From the NCBI RefSeq assembly GCF_018977255.1, contig NW_024704743.1:64234001-64298000 (forward strand): a stretch of 64,000 bases of DNA, written 5' to 3'. Below, piece by piece: positions 13,410-26,097 of this stretch (positions are counted from its first letter, which is position 1; each line of letters opens with the position of its first letter). The stretch comes from Callorhinchus milii. Its lineage: Eukaryota. A model generated the notes under the pieces. The model did no database searches. It was not told the DNA's origin and saw only the letters and a list, made by a program, of their open reading frames with translations. Both the position numbers and the translations under genes were made by a program.

Positions 13410-13905
13410 TTTTTGGTAAGCTGGGTGTCTGACACATACTCCATGCTTAAAAGTATCCAAACCAAACTGAGATTTTCATGCATCTCACCTACACATCTAT
13501 CTTCCCGAGACAGATTGTTGGAAATGGAATGCGCACTCTCTCCCTTGAGGGATGCATCCTGCTTACCCAATTCCGGAAAGTATTAGGCGCAGTTTGGCAA
13601 GAGCCAAGGCTTGGGGACCCCAATATGCATTGGGGGTACTACTGGACTCTCGGCAACTAAAACTGAATAGCTTGCCATTCATAGCCCTGTCTAACAAGCT
13701 TTTCTGCTGCTTGTCCAGCTAGGACCACTCTACCCCTTTGGGCTTTGGCTTGCAGGGTTAACACGAGCTGAGGCGGAGGATTCCCTACCCCCACTGACTG
13801 GTCAGCCCTTCCAAGTCCCATCGATGAGCCAGCCTCGCTGTGCTGTCATTAGCAGTGCCCTGGAGTACTGCGGACCCACCTGGCTCAGAAACTGGAATAC
13901 CAAGT
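13410..13905 (+). repeat. Unclassified ~0.5 kb dispersed repeat, copy 1
   Basis: Shared blocks CTGCTTACCCAATTC, GGCAAGAGCCAAGG, CTGCTTGTCCAGCTAGG and TGACTGGTCAGCCC recur in the other copies. Confidence 0.8.
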
Positions 13906-14976
13906 CCGCCATGGAGAGTTTTGAAGGCGAGGATTTTGAACTCTAGCCTCTGGGGATGGGGAGCCAGTGGAGCCGGGCAAGGGTGGGGTTGATAGGATCA
14001 CAGAGGTTGGTGCGGGAGAGGACATGAGCTGTTAAGTTCTGAATGATCTGCAGCTTGTGGAGAGAAGAGTTGGGAAGGCCAGGAGCTGCAGAGTTTAAGC
14101 AGCAGCTGCTTGCCTGTCTAAAAGCCAATCGAGGTGGATTCCAGGGGCTGGATGTACGAACGTGTTTTCACAAAGTCGGACTCCAGGTAACGCCTTCCAG
14201 CTGCTGTCGTCCCAAGCAGCTAAGGAGGAGACATCAAAATTTTCAAAGAGCTTACTAATTCCCAGTTTTTATCACAGGGTGCTGAGCCACACACGTCAGA
14301 ATCTCTGCAGCGGCAAGTGACTGGAGGCGCAGCTACCTATTTGTCAGCTGGGCTCAGGCATTTCTACCACTGCCCACATGGAGGCAGGAGCAGCCAACAG
14401 AGGAAAGAGAGCACGGACATGGAGTAAACAAGGGAAGGATTTAAGAATAAAGTATGTACCTAAAAATAATTCAGTTAATATTGTGTTAGAATTAAAGGTG
14501 GACTTTTATCGTGGAAATGTAGTTCGCATTTTTAAACTTGATGAAACCTTAGTAAAACAGATGTGATTATTGCAATGAAAAAGGCGAGTCTCTTTTAGCC
14601 AAGCTCAGGTGCAAAGCAAATATTAAGCACATTATGACATCCTCCAGAACTGAAAGCCATTAAATAAACATATATTTGTATTGTGTTGCAACTCCCTTTT
14701 CAAATAAGTTTGGTAAACCTTATGCAGATTGTTTCTTCAAAATACCAATACATTATAAAGCACAATAAGTGACAAGATGAATAACCATGGTATTTGTAAC
14801 GTGGGAGTAGGCATGTATCTGTTACGTGGGAGTAGGAAAAAGGTTTTGTTACGTGGGAGTAAGAATAAAGGTGCGGCTTTGTCACTTCACAAAAACTTTG
14901 AAAATTGGGGTATTTAGCAATCACGCTCTTGAATATCTATGTACAATAGCTTTCCTCTGCATTTTTAGATGGTTAT

Positions 14977-15455
14977 AATATAATAATACTCGCATTTGAT
15001 AAAGCGCTTTTCACGTCTGCTAAATGTCTCAAAGCGCTTCACAGAATATACTGTAAAGTGAATTGTCGGAGTCCTGTAGCTCAGTGGTTAGAGCACTCGC
15101 TTTGCAAGCGAGAGACCCAAGTTCAATTCCAGGCAGAGGGCGAAACCTTGGGCAAGTTTCCATACTCCACACAGAGCCTAATAATAATCCCTCCAAAACC
15201 AAAAACAATTATAAAAATTGGTCATTTTCAATCTACGACTGTTTGTGGGACATTGCTGTGCGCAATTGGCTGCCGCATTCGCCCACAAATATACAGTCAA
15301 TTCACTTGGGATGTCCTCCTGATGTGAAAAGCGCTATATCAAAAGCAAGGATTATTATTAAATTGACTGTATATTTGTGGGCGAAATGCGGCAGTCAATT
15401 GCGCACAGCAGTGTCCCACAAACAGTCATGGATTGAAAATGATCAATTTATTATT
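14977..15455. mobile_element. Plus-strand tRNA-Ala SINE (15068-15360) inserted into a minus-strand SINE body, TSD AATTG
   Basis: The host SINE breaks at GTG-AATTG (15061-15065) and resumes at AATTG-ACTGTAT (15361). Confidence 0.85.
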
Positions 15456-15939
15456 TATTAAGTTATTTTTATAATTTAATTTTTAATAATTTAATGTTTA
15501 ATGGGTAGAGAGCTTGTGTGTTACTTGCCAAATGGATATCTGACAATATTGCAGCTTCCTGTTGCATCATTTGAATCAGGCATTATCTTAAAAATGTTGA
15601 GTCTTCTAATGATGATAACTTTGTGCAGTTCATACAAGCTAATGTCACTGGATGATCAATGGACACAAATTATAAACTAGATAAGGGGATGAAGCAGAGA
15701 GTAGTCTGAATGTGAAAGGATTGAAATGGGGAAGGTATTCAGTGGGAAGCTTCAGGGGCAATGATGAAGACCCCTTCATTCCTTGTAAATCACCTGGTTC
15801 GCAGAATCAATGCAAGGTACTTAAGATTTACAGACAACACCAACACAGAGGAGGCAGCTAGGAACGTAAGAAAACTCAGCACCAAATGCATCTGGCAAAC
15901 TCACTGAGAAATTAAGTTCAGTAAAGATTAAAAAATGTT

Positions 15940-16425
15940 TTGGTTAGCTGGGTTTCAGACATGCAGAAACCTGGTGAAACATGGAGATTCCGGAGATAGA
16001 TTGTTGGAATGGACACATCCTGCTTACCTAATTCTGGAAAGTATTAGATGCAGGTTGGCAAGATCCAAGGATTGGAGACCCCAGAGTCTGTGTTGGGGTA
16101 CTACTGGTGTCTAAGCAGCTAAAACTGCATAGTTTGTCATTGATTTCGCTGTCTGGCAAGCTTTCCCACTGCTTGTCGAGCTAGGATCATCCTACCTGTT
16201 AGGGGTTTGGCTTGCAGAGTTAGCAGGAGCTGAATGGGATGACTCCCTGTCCCCAGTAACTGGTCTGCCCCTCCAGGTCCTGTCAATGAGCCAGGCTGGC
16301 TGCGCTGTCATCAGGTACTGGGGACCTGCCTGGCTCAGTAACCGGACTACTGAAACCGGCACAGAGGGCTGACTCGATTCTGAAATTCCATTGCCAAACA
16401 TGTCACTTTGGAGCCAGTTCAGCAT
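15940..16425 (+). repeat. Unclassified ~0.5 kb repeat, copy 2
   Basis: Collinear with 13410-13905. Confidence 0.8.
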
Positions 16426-16577
16426 GTTTATTAAAGAAGTTCAATGAAGATAAATAATGCACGTTACTGTATATAGGAAGTAAAAATAGGCAGGCACATG
16501 TAATCCATGGATGGGACAGAACATGCCAAGGGAAAAGATGAAAAGACTTTGTGCTGTTAGTTAACTCGTTGCTCACA

Positions 16578-16885
16578 ATAATAATCCTTGTGATTGATAT
16601 AGCACCTTATCACGTCTTCAAAACATCTCAAAGCGCTTCACAAAATAAACTGTAAAGTGAATTGACTATATTCTATGGGCAAAACATGGCAGCCAACTGC
16701 GCACAGCAGTGTTCCAGTCACCGATTGAGTGACCAAATTTTTATTATTTATTTATTTTGAAAGGATTATTACCCCTGGAAAAGCGATCCACCAATTAACT
16801 AACAGCCAGATTCCTACTTATTGCTGGGTAAACAGAGGTGCATGGAGTAAGGAAACCAATGTTTTGCCCTGCTGGAATTGAACAC
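16578..16885 (-). mobile_element. tRNA-Ala SINE (long variant, diverged)
   Basis: Tail, central CTGTTTACCCAGCA block and partial head. Confidence 0.8.
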
Positions 16886-16929
16886 TATCAAACAGGGTGA
16901 GGCAGTAAAAAAACAAGCAAAGAAGATGT

Positions 16930-17470
16930 CCAATATTGCCATCAGTTGAATATAGATCCACATAAAACATGCTCAAATTCTACACTGCTTTGGTCAAGCT
17001 GTGCCAGGAGTACTGTGTATAGTTCTGGTTGTCGTGATATAAGGAGTTGCTCTTGCTGCTAGAGGCAGTGCAGAGGAGAACTATTAGGCTGATATCCAGT
17101 GATACAGGGTTGAGCTATGACAAATGATAAAATAAGCTAGGAAATTTCAACTTTAGAAAGATGTCTCAGAAATAACTTTATAGGAGCATATAAGGTGCTT
17201 AATGGGATGAAGGTAATAAACTTTTCGATACATCACAATAGGACAATAGGTTACAAAATGAAAACTGAAGGGCAAGTTTTGGACAGACACCAAGAAATAT
17301 TTATTTACAAAACATAATGAATAGCTGAAAGAAGTCCCAGGAAACGTGCTAGAGGCAAGAGCGTAGGACTAATTTGTGAGAAGCTTGATTTTGTAATGTG
17401 AAGAATTTTTTGGAAGGTTGAGTGAGATCAAATGAGCTGAAGGGTCTTCAATATCTGAACCTCTATAGTG
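16930..17470 (+). mobile_element. Old CR1 LINE 3' fragment. Similar relics near 20720-20900, 24360-24700, 26560-27150, 39560-39850, 41000-41390, 59990-60260
   Basis: EYCV.FW, LEAVQRRT and LIGAYKVLNG-like CR1 C-terminal motifs. Confidence 0.65.
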
Positions 17471-17931
17471 ATCCTTTGATAAGGGAATTAAAAAGGTGAC
17501 ATTTCATAACAGATTCAATGTGATCACATTGAAACCTATTCTGAAATGTTACATTTTTGACTTTGAAACTGAACACTCCCACCTCCCCACCGTATAAATC
17601 AATATTTTGGCCTGGAGGTGGCTTATAAAAAAGTCAACACCATTTTGGATACTCCTAAGACAACCCAATTTGTTTTCCCCCCCGATCGCACCGTCAGCAT
17701 TTGATAGCTGAATATTTACACGATTCTGACAGTTCAGTCAGTATTTTTTAGCCTCACTCAAACACCGATCTCCATGACCAGACAACAAATGGAGCTGAGA
17801 AATCCTTGGGCCCAGCCAATGTGCGGAGCGAGACCAGAGATGGTGAAAGAGAGGAATAATCCCTTTCCTAGCCTCACACGATGGTTCAGCTCGACCATCT
17901 CTTCATGTAGAATTCATTGGCATCTACTTAC

Positions 17932-18008
17932 ATTTGTTCATCTATTTCTTCTATCTGTCTATCCAGCCGAACTTCTTCATCCTCCTCTGCCACAATTGCT
18001 TCTGAAAC
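17932..18008 (-). CDS. ZNF830: ZNF830 coding exon 9: VSEAIVAEEDEEVRLDRQIEEIDEQ(I)
   Basis: cactcaaag| acceptor, AT|gtaagt donor, 77 nt. Confidence 0.95.
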
Positions 18009-18689
18009 CTTTGAGTGAAGGACAATATCAATAAGTTAACAATGTCAATGAACAATGCTAACAATTATCCTTTATGAACTAGAGCTGAGATTGTGAGTCA
18101 ACATAAAAGACATAACACATTTATATGTACAGCACTTCATGTGAAACAGTAATACTTATATAATTCTACTCTAAAATGGAAACGCTCCAAATGGAGAGAG
18201 GCAAAAGGATTAAACCTAGCAATATATTTCACGGTTATGGACATTTTCAGCAAAGATAAAAGCAACCAAACCGTTCAAATAGCATAGTGTGTTACTGAAT
18301 CATGAAGATTCTGCTGGATTTCTGACAGCATGGGGTCAAAGGTATCAATTTCCTTCATTGATTTTGGTGTTGAGGTGAGAATCAGATAAGAGTTTCAGCT
18401 TGCTTTCCTGTAACCATGGCTAGAAAGCATGCACATGAACAGCAATGGGATTTTTTTAAATTATAAAATTATAGGAGCGCCACAAGGAATTATATTCCAA
18501 GACACATACAATACCAAATGAACGGAGTATCAAATTACTTTGTGTGATCCTGATTATGCAGGCAATTAAATACACGCCTATATTTATTGTAGGGCTATAG
18601 AGAGCTCTATAATTTGTTGCCTTACACAATTTGTAATGCACCTGATCGTTTCTTGAGTGATAGCTACTTGTTGAGCTCAGCTCAGCTCA

Positions 18690-19550
18690 ACGTGCGCAAA
18701 ACTGAGGCCCTCCTGATTGGCTCGCGTTAGCGCCTCCGCACCTCAGGCGCTAACAGCATCAGCATCCAAGGCTGCACTCTCCACCTCTCAAAGTCAGTCA
18801 GGAACCTCGGCGTTCTGAGCTGTCCTTTCTTCCTCATATCCGCGCCACAACTGGCAACGCCTTCCATTACCTCCGAAACATCGCCAGACTACGGCACTAC
18901 CTCACCCCTCACGCTGCTGAAACTCTGGTCCATGCCTTTACCACCTCAAGGCTGGACTATGGGAACTCTCTCCTCGACGGCCTTCCCAGCACCTCTCTCC
19001 ACAAGCTGCAGGTCATTCAGGACTCTGCAGCTTGTGTCCTGTCCCGCACCAGGCTTCGGGACCACATCACTCCCACCCTCGCTCGCCTCCACTGGCTCCC
19101 CATCTCCCAGAGGATCAAATTCAAGATCCTCATCCTCACCTACAAGGCCATTCATGGCCTTGCTCCCTCCTACCTCTCCGACTTACTATCCCCCTACCTA
19201 CCTGCCCGTACCCTCCGTTCCTCTGGCTCCGGTCTGCTCCACATCCCCCGCCCCAACCATCGGTGGCCGGGCCTTCAGCCTCTCAGCCCCGAGGCTCTGG
19301 AACTCCATCCCCCAGTGCCTTCGCCGCCTCCTCCCTTTCCTCCTTCAAGGCCGGTCTCAAGACCTTTCTCTTTGACTGTGCCTTCAGCTCCCCTCTCGAC
19401 TCTCTACTCCTTCCTCGCTCGCTCCCTCCCTTCCCTCCCCTCACCCTGACCATTTCCCCCAATGCTCGGGTCCTGACCCAACTGTCCAGCGCCTTGGGAC
19501 GTCCTCCCGACGTGAAAGGCGCTCTATAAATGGAATCTTGTTGTTGTTGA
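18690..19550 (+). mobile_element. Young L2 LINE, 5'-truncated
   Basis: QLNVRKTEALLIG, RLDYGNSLL, LARLHWLP; 3' stem-loop and (TTG)n tail; nearly identical to the 32226 and 50205 copies. Confidence 0.93.
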
Positions 19551-19977
19551 TTAATAATGCCAGTTCAGGAAATGGGACATGTCTTTAAAATTCTGTTAAT
19601 TTGGGGAATACAATGGCTGTGTGGAGCTGCATCAACCATTTCCTTGGTTGATGATTTCCATAACACTCTGAGCCACTATCCTGCATGGAAGCCACTATAT
19701 AAGTGCAATTTTGCAAGTTCTTGTTGATAGCGCGAATTAAAATCTAATACCTAGCTGCATTAGCAAGAAGTAGTCACACTTCTTACTCCTTACTAGGGAT
19801 TAATGTTTGGGGTCTACGGGAAAGTGGCGGTGGGGGGGCGGGCGCAAGAGGAAGAACCATGAAAAGGAACCTAACAAAATGGGTCTCTTAAAATACAAAT
19901 TTTGAAGTATTTCTCCAGAAATTAGACTGAACAACCGATTGCTATTCACTTTGCTCCACATCTTCTTAATGGCTTAC

Positions 19978-20058
19978 CGTGTTAACCTGCCTGATTTCTT
20001 TCTGGAATTCTTCCCACTCTTTGTCCATCTGATCTTTTGGTGGGTCTACCTTCCGTAC
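19978..20058 (-). CDS. ZNF830: ZNF830 coding exon 8: [27 protein letters not shown]
   Basis: gtgttctag| acceptor, ACG|gtaagc donor, 81 nt. Confidence 0.96.
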
Positions 20059-20214
20059 CTAGAACACAAGGATCTGAAGTTACTGGAAATGGTCAGAAAT
20101 GGATGCCCTATGCAGTTTACCAGCATTATGTTTTCAGAAAGAAAAAACTTTTCAGCTCCAGAACAAACAGGAGATCCACAGGGCAAAATATTGCAAATAC
20201 TGCAGGGTCCTTAC

Positions 20215-20278
20215 CTTTGCATCCTTCACTGGATCGTCAAAGAATCCCTCAGGCAAAGCCTCCGCTGTATTCTCTTTC
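20215..20278 (-). CDS. ZNF830: ZNF830 coding exon 7: [21 protein letters not shown]
   Basis: ctgtttcag| acceptor, AAG|gtaagg donor, 64 nt; hallmark LPEGFFDDP motif. Confidence 0.96.
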
Positions 20279-21841
20279 CTGAAACAGCAGCACGATGCTG
20301 ATCAGCTTAGAGGCTGCCAATTACAACAGAATCCACAACACACACCATCTTTGAAAGTCATTAGGAGTTATTGTTGACTTGTTGGGAAACTTACTAGGCT
20401 AAATGAGGAGCGCAAGTTATTCTCTGCTTATTGGTAATGATACCAACTGAGGTGATGTGAGAATATAATGGGAATATCCCACTTTAAGCTCACAGGGGAA
20501 CATCAATACATTTTTGAACAAGCAAAACGTATAATCCAAATTGTATTCAATACCATAACATCACACTAATACATAGAAAAAAATCTTAGTACTCTTGAAT
20601 ATAATAATAATCTTTGCATTTGATATAGCACCTTATCAGGTCTTCTAGACATCTCAAAGCTCTTCACAGAATATACTGTAAAGTGAATTGACTGTATATT
20701 TTGTGGACGAATATCATGAAGTTGAACAAATTCAAGCCTGAGATAGATATATTCCTTATTGCAAAAGGGATTAAGGGATATGGGGATAAGGCAGGGTTAT
20801 GGTATTAGCTGGAGTTAAATTAGAAGATCAGCCATGATTGAATGGCGGGGCAGCTTGAAGGGCCGAATGGCCTACTCCTGCTCCTACATGTTATGTTAAG
20901 TTGTGTACTTTTTTTAAAATAAAGGTCAAATTTCCTCTTTCAAAAAAGAGCTACTTTTTAAGCTCCTTCATGTTACACTGCATAAAACAGTGTTTCCACT
21001 GGCAGGGATAGGCAGCCTGCTCCAGGTAACTGCTCTATAATCTAGGTCCAGGAGGTGCAAAATACTTCTCAACTTGGAGAAAAGTGCGTCAACTTTTTTT
21101 CCTGGCTCCACTCCCTGGTCAGATTAGGATAGGGTATTCACTGAGTGCAGAATCCAGGTAAGAACCTACATGTCATAGCTCTGTTGCACATTACCACGGT
21201 GCACCAACACATGGTGCTCCTAGTCTCTCCGCATGACTATTTGACACAAATTAAAAGGTACAATGGTCAGGCCCTCTTTGTCAGCAACACCAATTATATA
21301 TTCAGGCTCAAATAACTTATCTTGCTGTTACTGACATTCTATAAGTGGCTGTTATTCAATGAAATTCTCATGTAATCTCTCAGATTCCACTATCATTGAT
21401 TTATGAGCACTGAACCAATGTGTGAGCTATGAGCATTTGAGTTTACCGACACACCCGTATTGATACTGATGCACTGGCTGCCCTACCCTTGTTGAGCGGC
21501 ACAATAATTTGATCTTAGTGGCACTTCTAATGTTCTCATTTATTTGACCAACGCAAGGTTTCAGTTTTAAAATTAAAATGATCTGCTTTTTTCCTGAACC
21601 CTCCTGAATATCGTTGCACTATGCATTTCTCCATTTTTTCCCTCTATGAAATTGACCGAAGGCACACAATTGGTTTTTAAGCTTGGTCTCGGTTAACGGA
21701 CCCAAACTGCTATGATATGATATACATCAAGTTTCGAAAACTGTAATAGTACAAAGAATGACGACAATTGCCTTTAAAGTGTGCTGGAATTTCTAAACTA
21801 TTCAGTAATTAGATAATAGTTACCACAATCAGATTTTTCAC

Positions 21842-21929
21842 CTTTCCACTGGTTTGCTTGATTCTTCTAGCCCCCGAATGGATCCCGAATGAGAAACAGG
21901 AACCGGCGCAGCACAACTATCAAAGAAAT
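21842..21929 (-). CDS. ZNF830: ZNF830 coding exon 6: DFFDSCAAPVPVSHSGSIRGLEESSKPVE(R)
   Basis: ctctctcag| acceptor, AG|gtgaaa donor, 88 nt; DFF...HSGSI motif. Confidence 0.9.
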
Positions 21930-22358
21930 CTGAGAGAGCAAGGTAAAAATATTATTCTGTCTACAGAAAATGACAAATTGCTCCTGGATGAAATTATGAA
22001 CTTTTGAAAGCAAATGACAGTTACGCCATCCACAACAGCAATCTCCCTGCCCATCCTCAGATCCAACACTTCCTAAACATTGTACTCCCAACAACTGTCA
22101 CACAATGCCAGCCCTTGACCTGACTCCAATCATGAGACTAATCCTGCCTTCGGATTCACCTCATGAAAGCTGATAAAGAGCGACTGTTGCTCCTTTCAGA
22201 CAAATCATGCCACTTATTGGAAAAAACAATTTAGATTTATAGTGAGGGAGTTATAAAGATTCTGTATTATATACAAACATTAGAAAATTGTCTGTGTTTC
22301 ATAATTCGACCATATCAATGAGTATTATGCAAAACTGTCAGTACAAATGGTTTCATTG

Positions 22359-22730
22359 TTATAATCCTTGCATTTGATATAGCGCTTTATCACATCTTCT
22401 AGACGTCTCAAAGCGCTTCACAGAATATACTGTAAAGTGAAATAAATGACTGTATATTTTGTGGGCGAAACGTGGTAGCCAATTGCACACAGCAGTGTCG
22501 CACAAACAGTCGTGGATTGAAGTGACCAATTTATTATTATATATTTTTTTGAAGGAATTATTACACCCAGAAAAGTGATCCGCCAATCGACTAATTACCG
22601 ATTCCTACTTACTGCTAGGTGAACAGTGGAGTGTGGAGTAAGGAAACTTGCCCAACATTTCACCTTGCCGGGAACCAAACCCAGGTTTCTCACATGCAAG
22701 ACGAGTGCTCTAACCACTGAGCTACAGGAT
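22359..22730 (-). mobile_element. tRNA-Ala SINE (long variant), full length
   Basis: Head reads ...CCACTGAGCTACAGGA on +; complete body and tail. Confidence 0.9.
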
Positions 22731-23484
22731 GTCACTTAATTGGTTATTTCAGATTCAGTCACAAGGCTTAGGCTGATTCAGTCATCAATTACCACACCTC
22801 ACACCACACCTGCATACCTGACATTCTTTACACAGAGAAAGCTAAATTGGCATGGGGGTGTGTTCAGGAAATACACTCTCATCAATCATTTAAAACAGAT
22901 TTACCCGGAGGAGACCTAGCTTGTGCAAAGAGAGCTCAACAGTCTTAACAAAACAAATCCGAGCTAGTGAGTTACATCATAGCACATAACTCATTAGCAT
23001 GGATTGTTCTGATTAAAAAAAAACACTTCTCGGTATGAATTATATTACCTTTTTTTAAAAAAAATGCAGGTCTTTGAAAATGCTTGAATAATTTCTCAAA
23101 GGCCAACTAGTCAGTGAAATGATCTAAAAAATACACTGGCAGCTGCAAATTACTGCTGGAATTACCCATACTGTTCAACCAAAGGGTATTCGATAGACTA
23201 GTTTCCTGTTGGGCTAAGACTTCATGATGGAATGTGTGGGTCTACATGGAAAAAAACAAATTCTGTTTCACAAAAGTAGATAATCCAGGCAGGTGTTCTT
23301 GCAACATTAGTTGTGATAATAGGAAATTAGCTCACGCTTACATTTTGGGGAAGGAAAAAGGCAATATCCAATAAGAACCCAAACCAAAAGTAAGTAAGCT
23401 AAAAGTACCCAACAAATTAGTAAAACTGAATTCCTCAACTAGTAACAGTCTTGAAAGAGGCTGAGTTGTCCATACGTCACTGAC

Positions 23485-23717
23485 CTGCAGGAAGGGAGCA
23501 GTCACTTTGTGGCTGTACTGGTGCCGGTAGGTCAGGAGTTTTCTGAAATGTAGCAGCAACGGGTGCCTCATCCAAATTATCTTTTTTGTCATCTTTCTCT
23601 GCGCTGTCATCTTCTTCATCCTCAGAACCTCCCGCTAGCACGCTGGGGTCAGAATGTTTTGAAGAGGTTGTTTTTTGAAACCCTTGGCTCGGTGGATCAA
23701 TGAAATCAGCTGGCAAC
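23485..23717 (-). CDS. ZNF830: ZNF830 coding exon 5: LPADFIDPP...SEDEEDD...CSLPA
   Basis: ttttcacag| acceptor, G|gtcagt donor, 233 nt open; acidic tract as in the human protein. Confidence 0.88.
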
Positions 23718-24992
23718 CTGTGAAAATTGGGGACCAAAATGATTAATGAATCATCGGTCAAGGACCTTGCTATGCAAACAACGAGCGGTTATATAATGGA
23801 ACTTTTTTGGAACCCTGGCAACTACCTCATGTTGTACAATATTACAGGTTTCAAAAGTGATTATGACAAAAGAATTGCCCTACAGATTTTTCTTTTGATA
23901 TTATAATCCTTGCATTTGACGCATGATGTCTTTGAAATGTCTCAAAGAGCTTTAGAATTTACTGTAAAGTGAATTGATTGTAGATTTTGTGGGTGAACAG
24001 TAAGGATTAGTAAGTATGATCCAATGTACCCAATGACATTTATTTGAAAAAATACAATACAAAATGACATTTGTATAGCGCCTTTCACGTCAGGAGGATG
24101 TCCCAAAAAGCACTTGCACATTGCAAAATCCAAAGTAAATCAAACAAATTCCTGAAAAGAATTAAGTCAGTGATTTTGTCTTGCTCTTTTCTCTCATGTT
24201 CTTGAAATCCCCAGCCCATTGTACATGCAGTTATTTATATTCTTAATTCTGATTTATAAGCGCTCCAGGACGCTACCCTGCATGAAGGGCGCTATATAAA
24301 TAAGTTATTGTTGTTCTTTGTTCTCGGTTTACTTTTTTTTTAAATGTTATATGCTTCTATAAGGTATCCTCTGAAATGTCTCCTTTCAAGACTGAATAAT
24401 AATCATCATCTTCGGCTTGTCTAATCATTGTTCATAGCTCATTCCTCTAACACTCGGGATCAGCCAACAACTTTGCTCTCGCTGTAGGGCTAGGCAACCC
24501 CCTGTAGGGCTAGGCAACCCCCCCGTTGCAGTAACCAGAATTGTATGCTGCCTGACTAGAGCACTATGACATTTGGGGCTCTGAACTCAACTGATTTAGC
24601 AATATAGTCCAGCATTCTGTTTGTCCTGTCTTTTGCACTGTTTTGACATGAAATAAATTTTTGAATTCTGAATTACTGAATGATATGTCAACTAACACCC
24701 CGGATCTCTTTCACCTTCCCCCATGCAAGTTCTACACTTAACTACACTTAAATTCACTTAGAGCTGGCCATTAAAAAGGGTGTCTGTACACTGACTGGGC
24801 TAAAAAAAAAGTGGCCACTAATTGCATCGTCAGGTGGCTGCTGAACAGAGGTGATTTATTATAGAAATTCGGTCGGGACTGTTCCAGGATGGTTGTTGAA
24901 TAGAAGTGGTTACTTTAATTATACTCGGTTATGTCACCTGCATTCAGTACAAGAATCTAAGATTGCCCATCTTTGTGGACCAAATAACTCAC

Positions 24993-25026
24993 CCAGAAAC
25001 ATTGGATGTTGTAGGTACACACAGTG
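24993..25026 (-). CDS. ZNF830: ZNF830 coding exon 4 (34 nt): (A)LCVPTTSNVS(G)
   Basis: gtgttttacag| acceptor and GG|gtgagt donor. It supplies exactly the phase 1->2 shift needed between exons 3 and 5. Confidence 0.8.
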
Positions 25027-25973
25027 CTGTAAAACACAAATAAACATCAGCTATGGAATGTCAGCTGCATTTGGAAAATATTCACCATTATTCTTGTAAA
25101 AACATTTCTTTTGGTTACACATAATTTTGGTTACTATAATAAACTCCTGATAATAGTAGACATTGGCTTAAGTAGCCATGCTGCCAATATCCCAGCAGTT
25201 TCCCATGCAAAATGTTAACGAGGGATTCCCTCTGCTTAAAACGTAACTAATCACATTCTAGAAATTTTAATGTAAAATTGATGAGATACCGAGTCCTTTA
25301 AGATAGCATTTTGCATCACAGAGGCTTCCTGCCCTAGCCTGTGACTGATGTGGGCACTGAGCAGAAGATGGGTCTTCATGCTCAGATGCATTGCAGAGGC
25401 CTGATCTATTGGGAGGGCTGCACCATGTCCTTCAGCCCTCTAAGGCTATATACAAATGTAATTTTGTATTGTATCATAGGATAGGGAGTGGGAGACTACG
25501 GCACAACCATCCGATAGATAGAAGTCTCTGTGACATGATAGGGGGAGGGCCCTCCAATAGATCAGTGTTGCATCTGAGCATGGGCACCCAAACTCTACTG
25601 AGCGCCCGCACAAGTCACAGCTGGCCAGTACCCAGCTGGCCATTCCGGATAACTAGTCGCTGAGTCCTTTTCCCTTAGAGTAACAAATTAGCAGGGGTTT
25701 TCTGTATTAGTATGCATTTCCTACAGTTCACATAACTGAGGGATTCCCGATTATAATTGTGTAAGCAATACCTAACATGTAATTTAGGATTATCCATCAA
25801 TCCAGTTTAATGCAGCTACGGCCCAGAGCATGTATCCTAGATAAGGCCTTTTACTAGATGAGGTTAAATAAATTTATTTGCTAAAAGTTTTTCTTCAACA
25901 ATACATAGGAGTACTTTTATTTGAATATAATTCAAAGCTATTCCTTCCCCTATAATCTTTAATTCAGGATTAC

Positions 25974-26097
25974 CCTTTGCTTTCTTTACTGCTTGAGTTT
26001 CTTCCTCTGTGCCTTTCCTCTTTGTAGGAGGAACTGAAGGTGTGTGAACAAGTGAAGGACCTGGTGTCTGAATTCCTGATTTCTGCTTTGCAACATT
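25974..26097 (-). CDS. ZNF830: ZNF830 coding exon 3: NVAKQKSG...PPTKRKGTEEETQAVKKAK
   Basis: tttcttgcag| acceptor, G|gtaatc donor, 124 nt; KRK...KKAK basic (NLS-like) motif. Confidence 0.88.

Noticed and set aside
1371..17931. Nested gene in the 16.5 kb last intron of ZNF830
   Set aside because: No chain of phase-compatible exons or recognisable non-TE protein was found by eye.
18015..18022. TCCTTCAC U12-like branch site before ZNF830 exon 9
   Set aside because: It is too close to the AG, and the intron donor is GTAAGC (U2 type).
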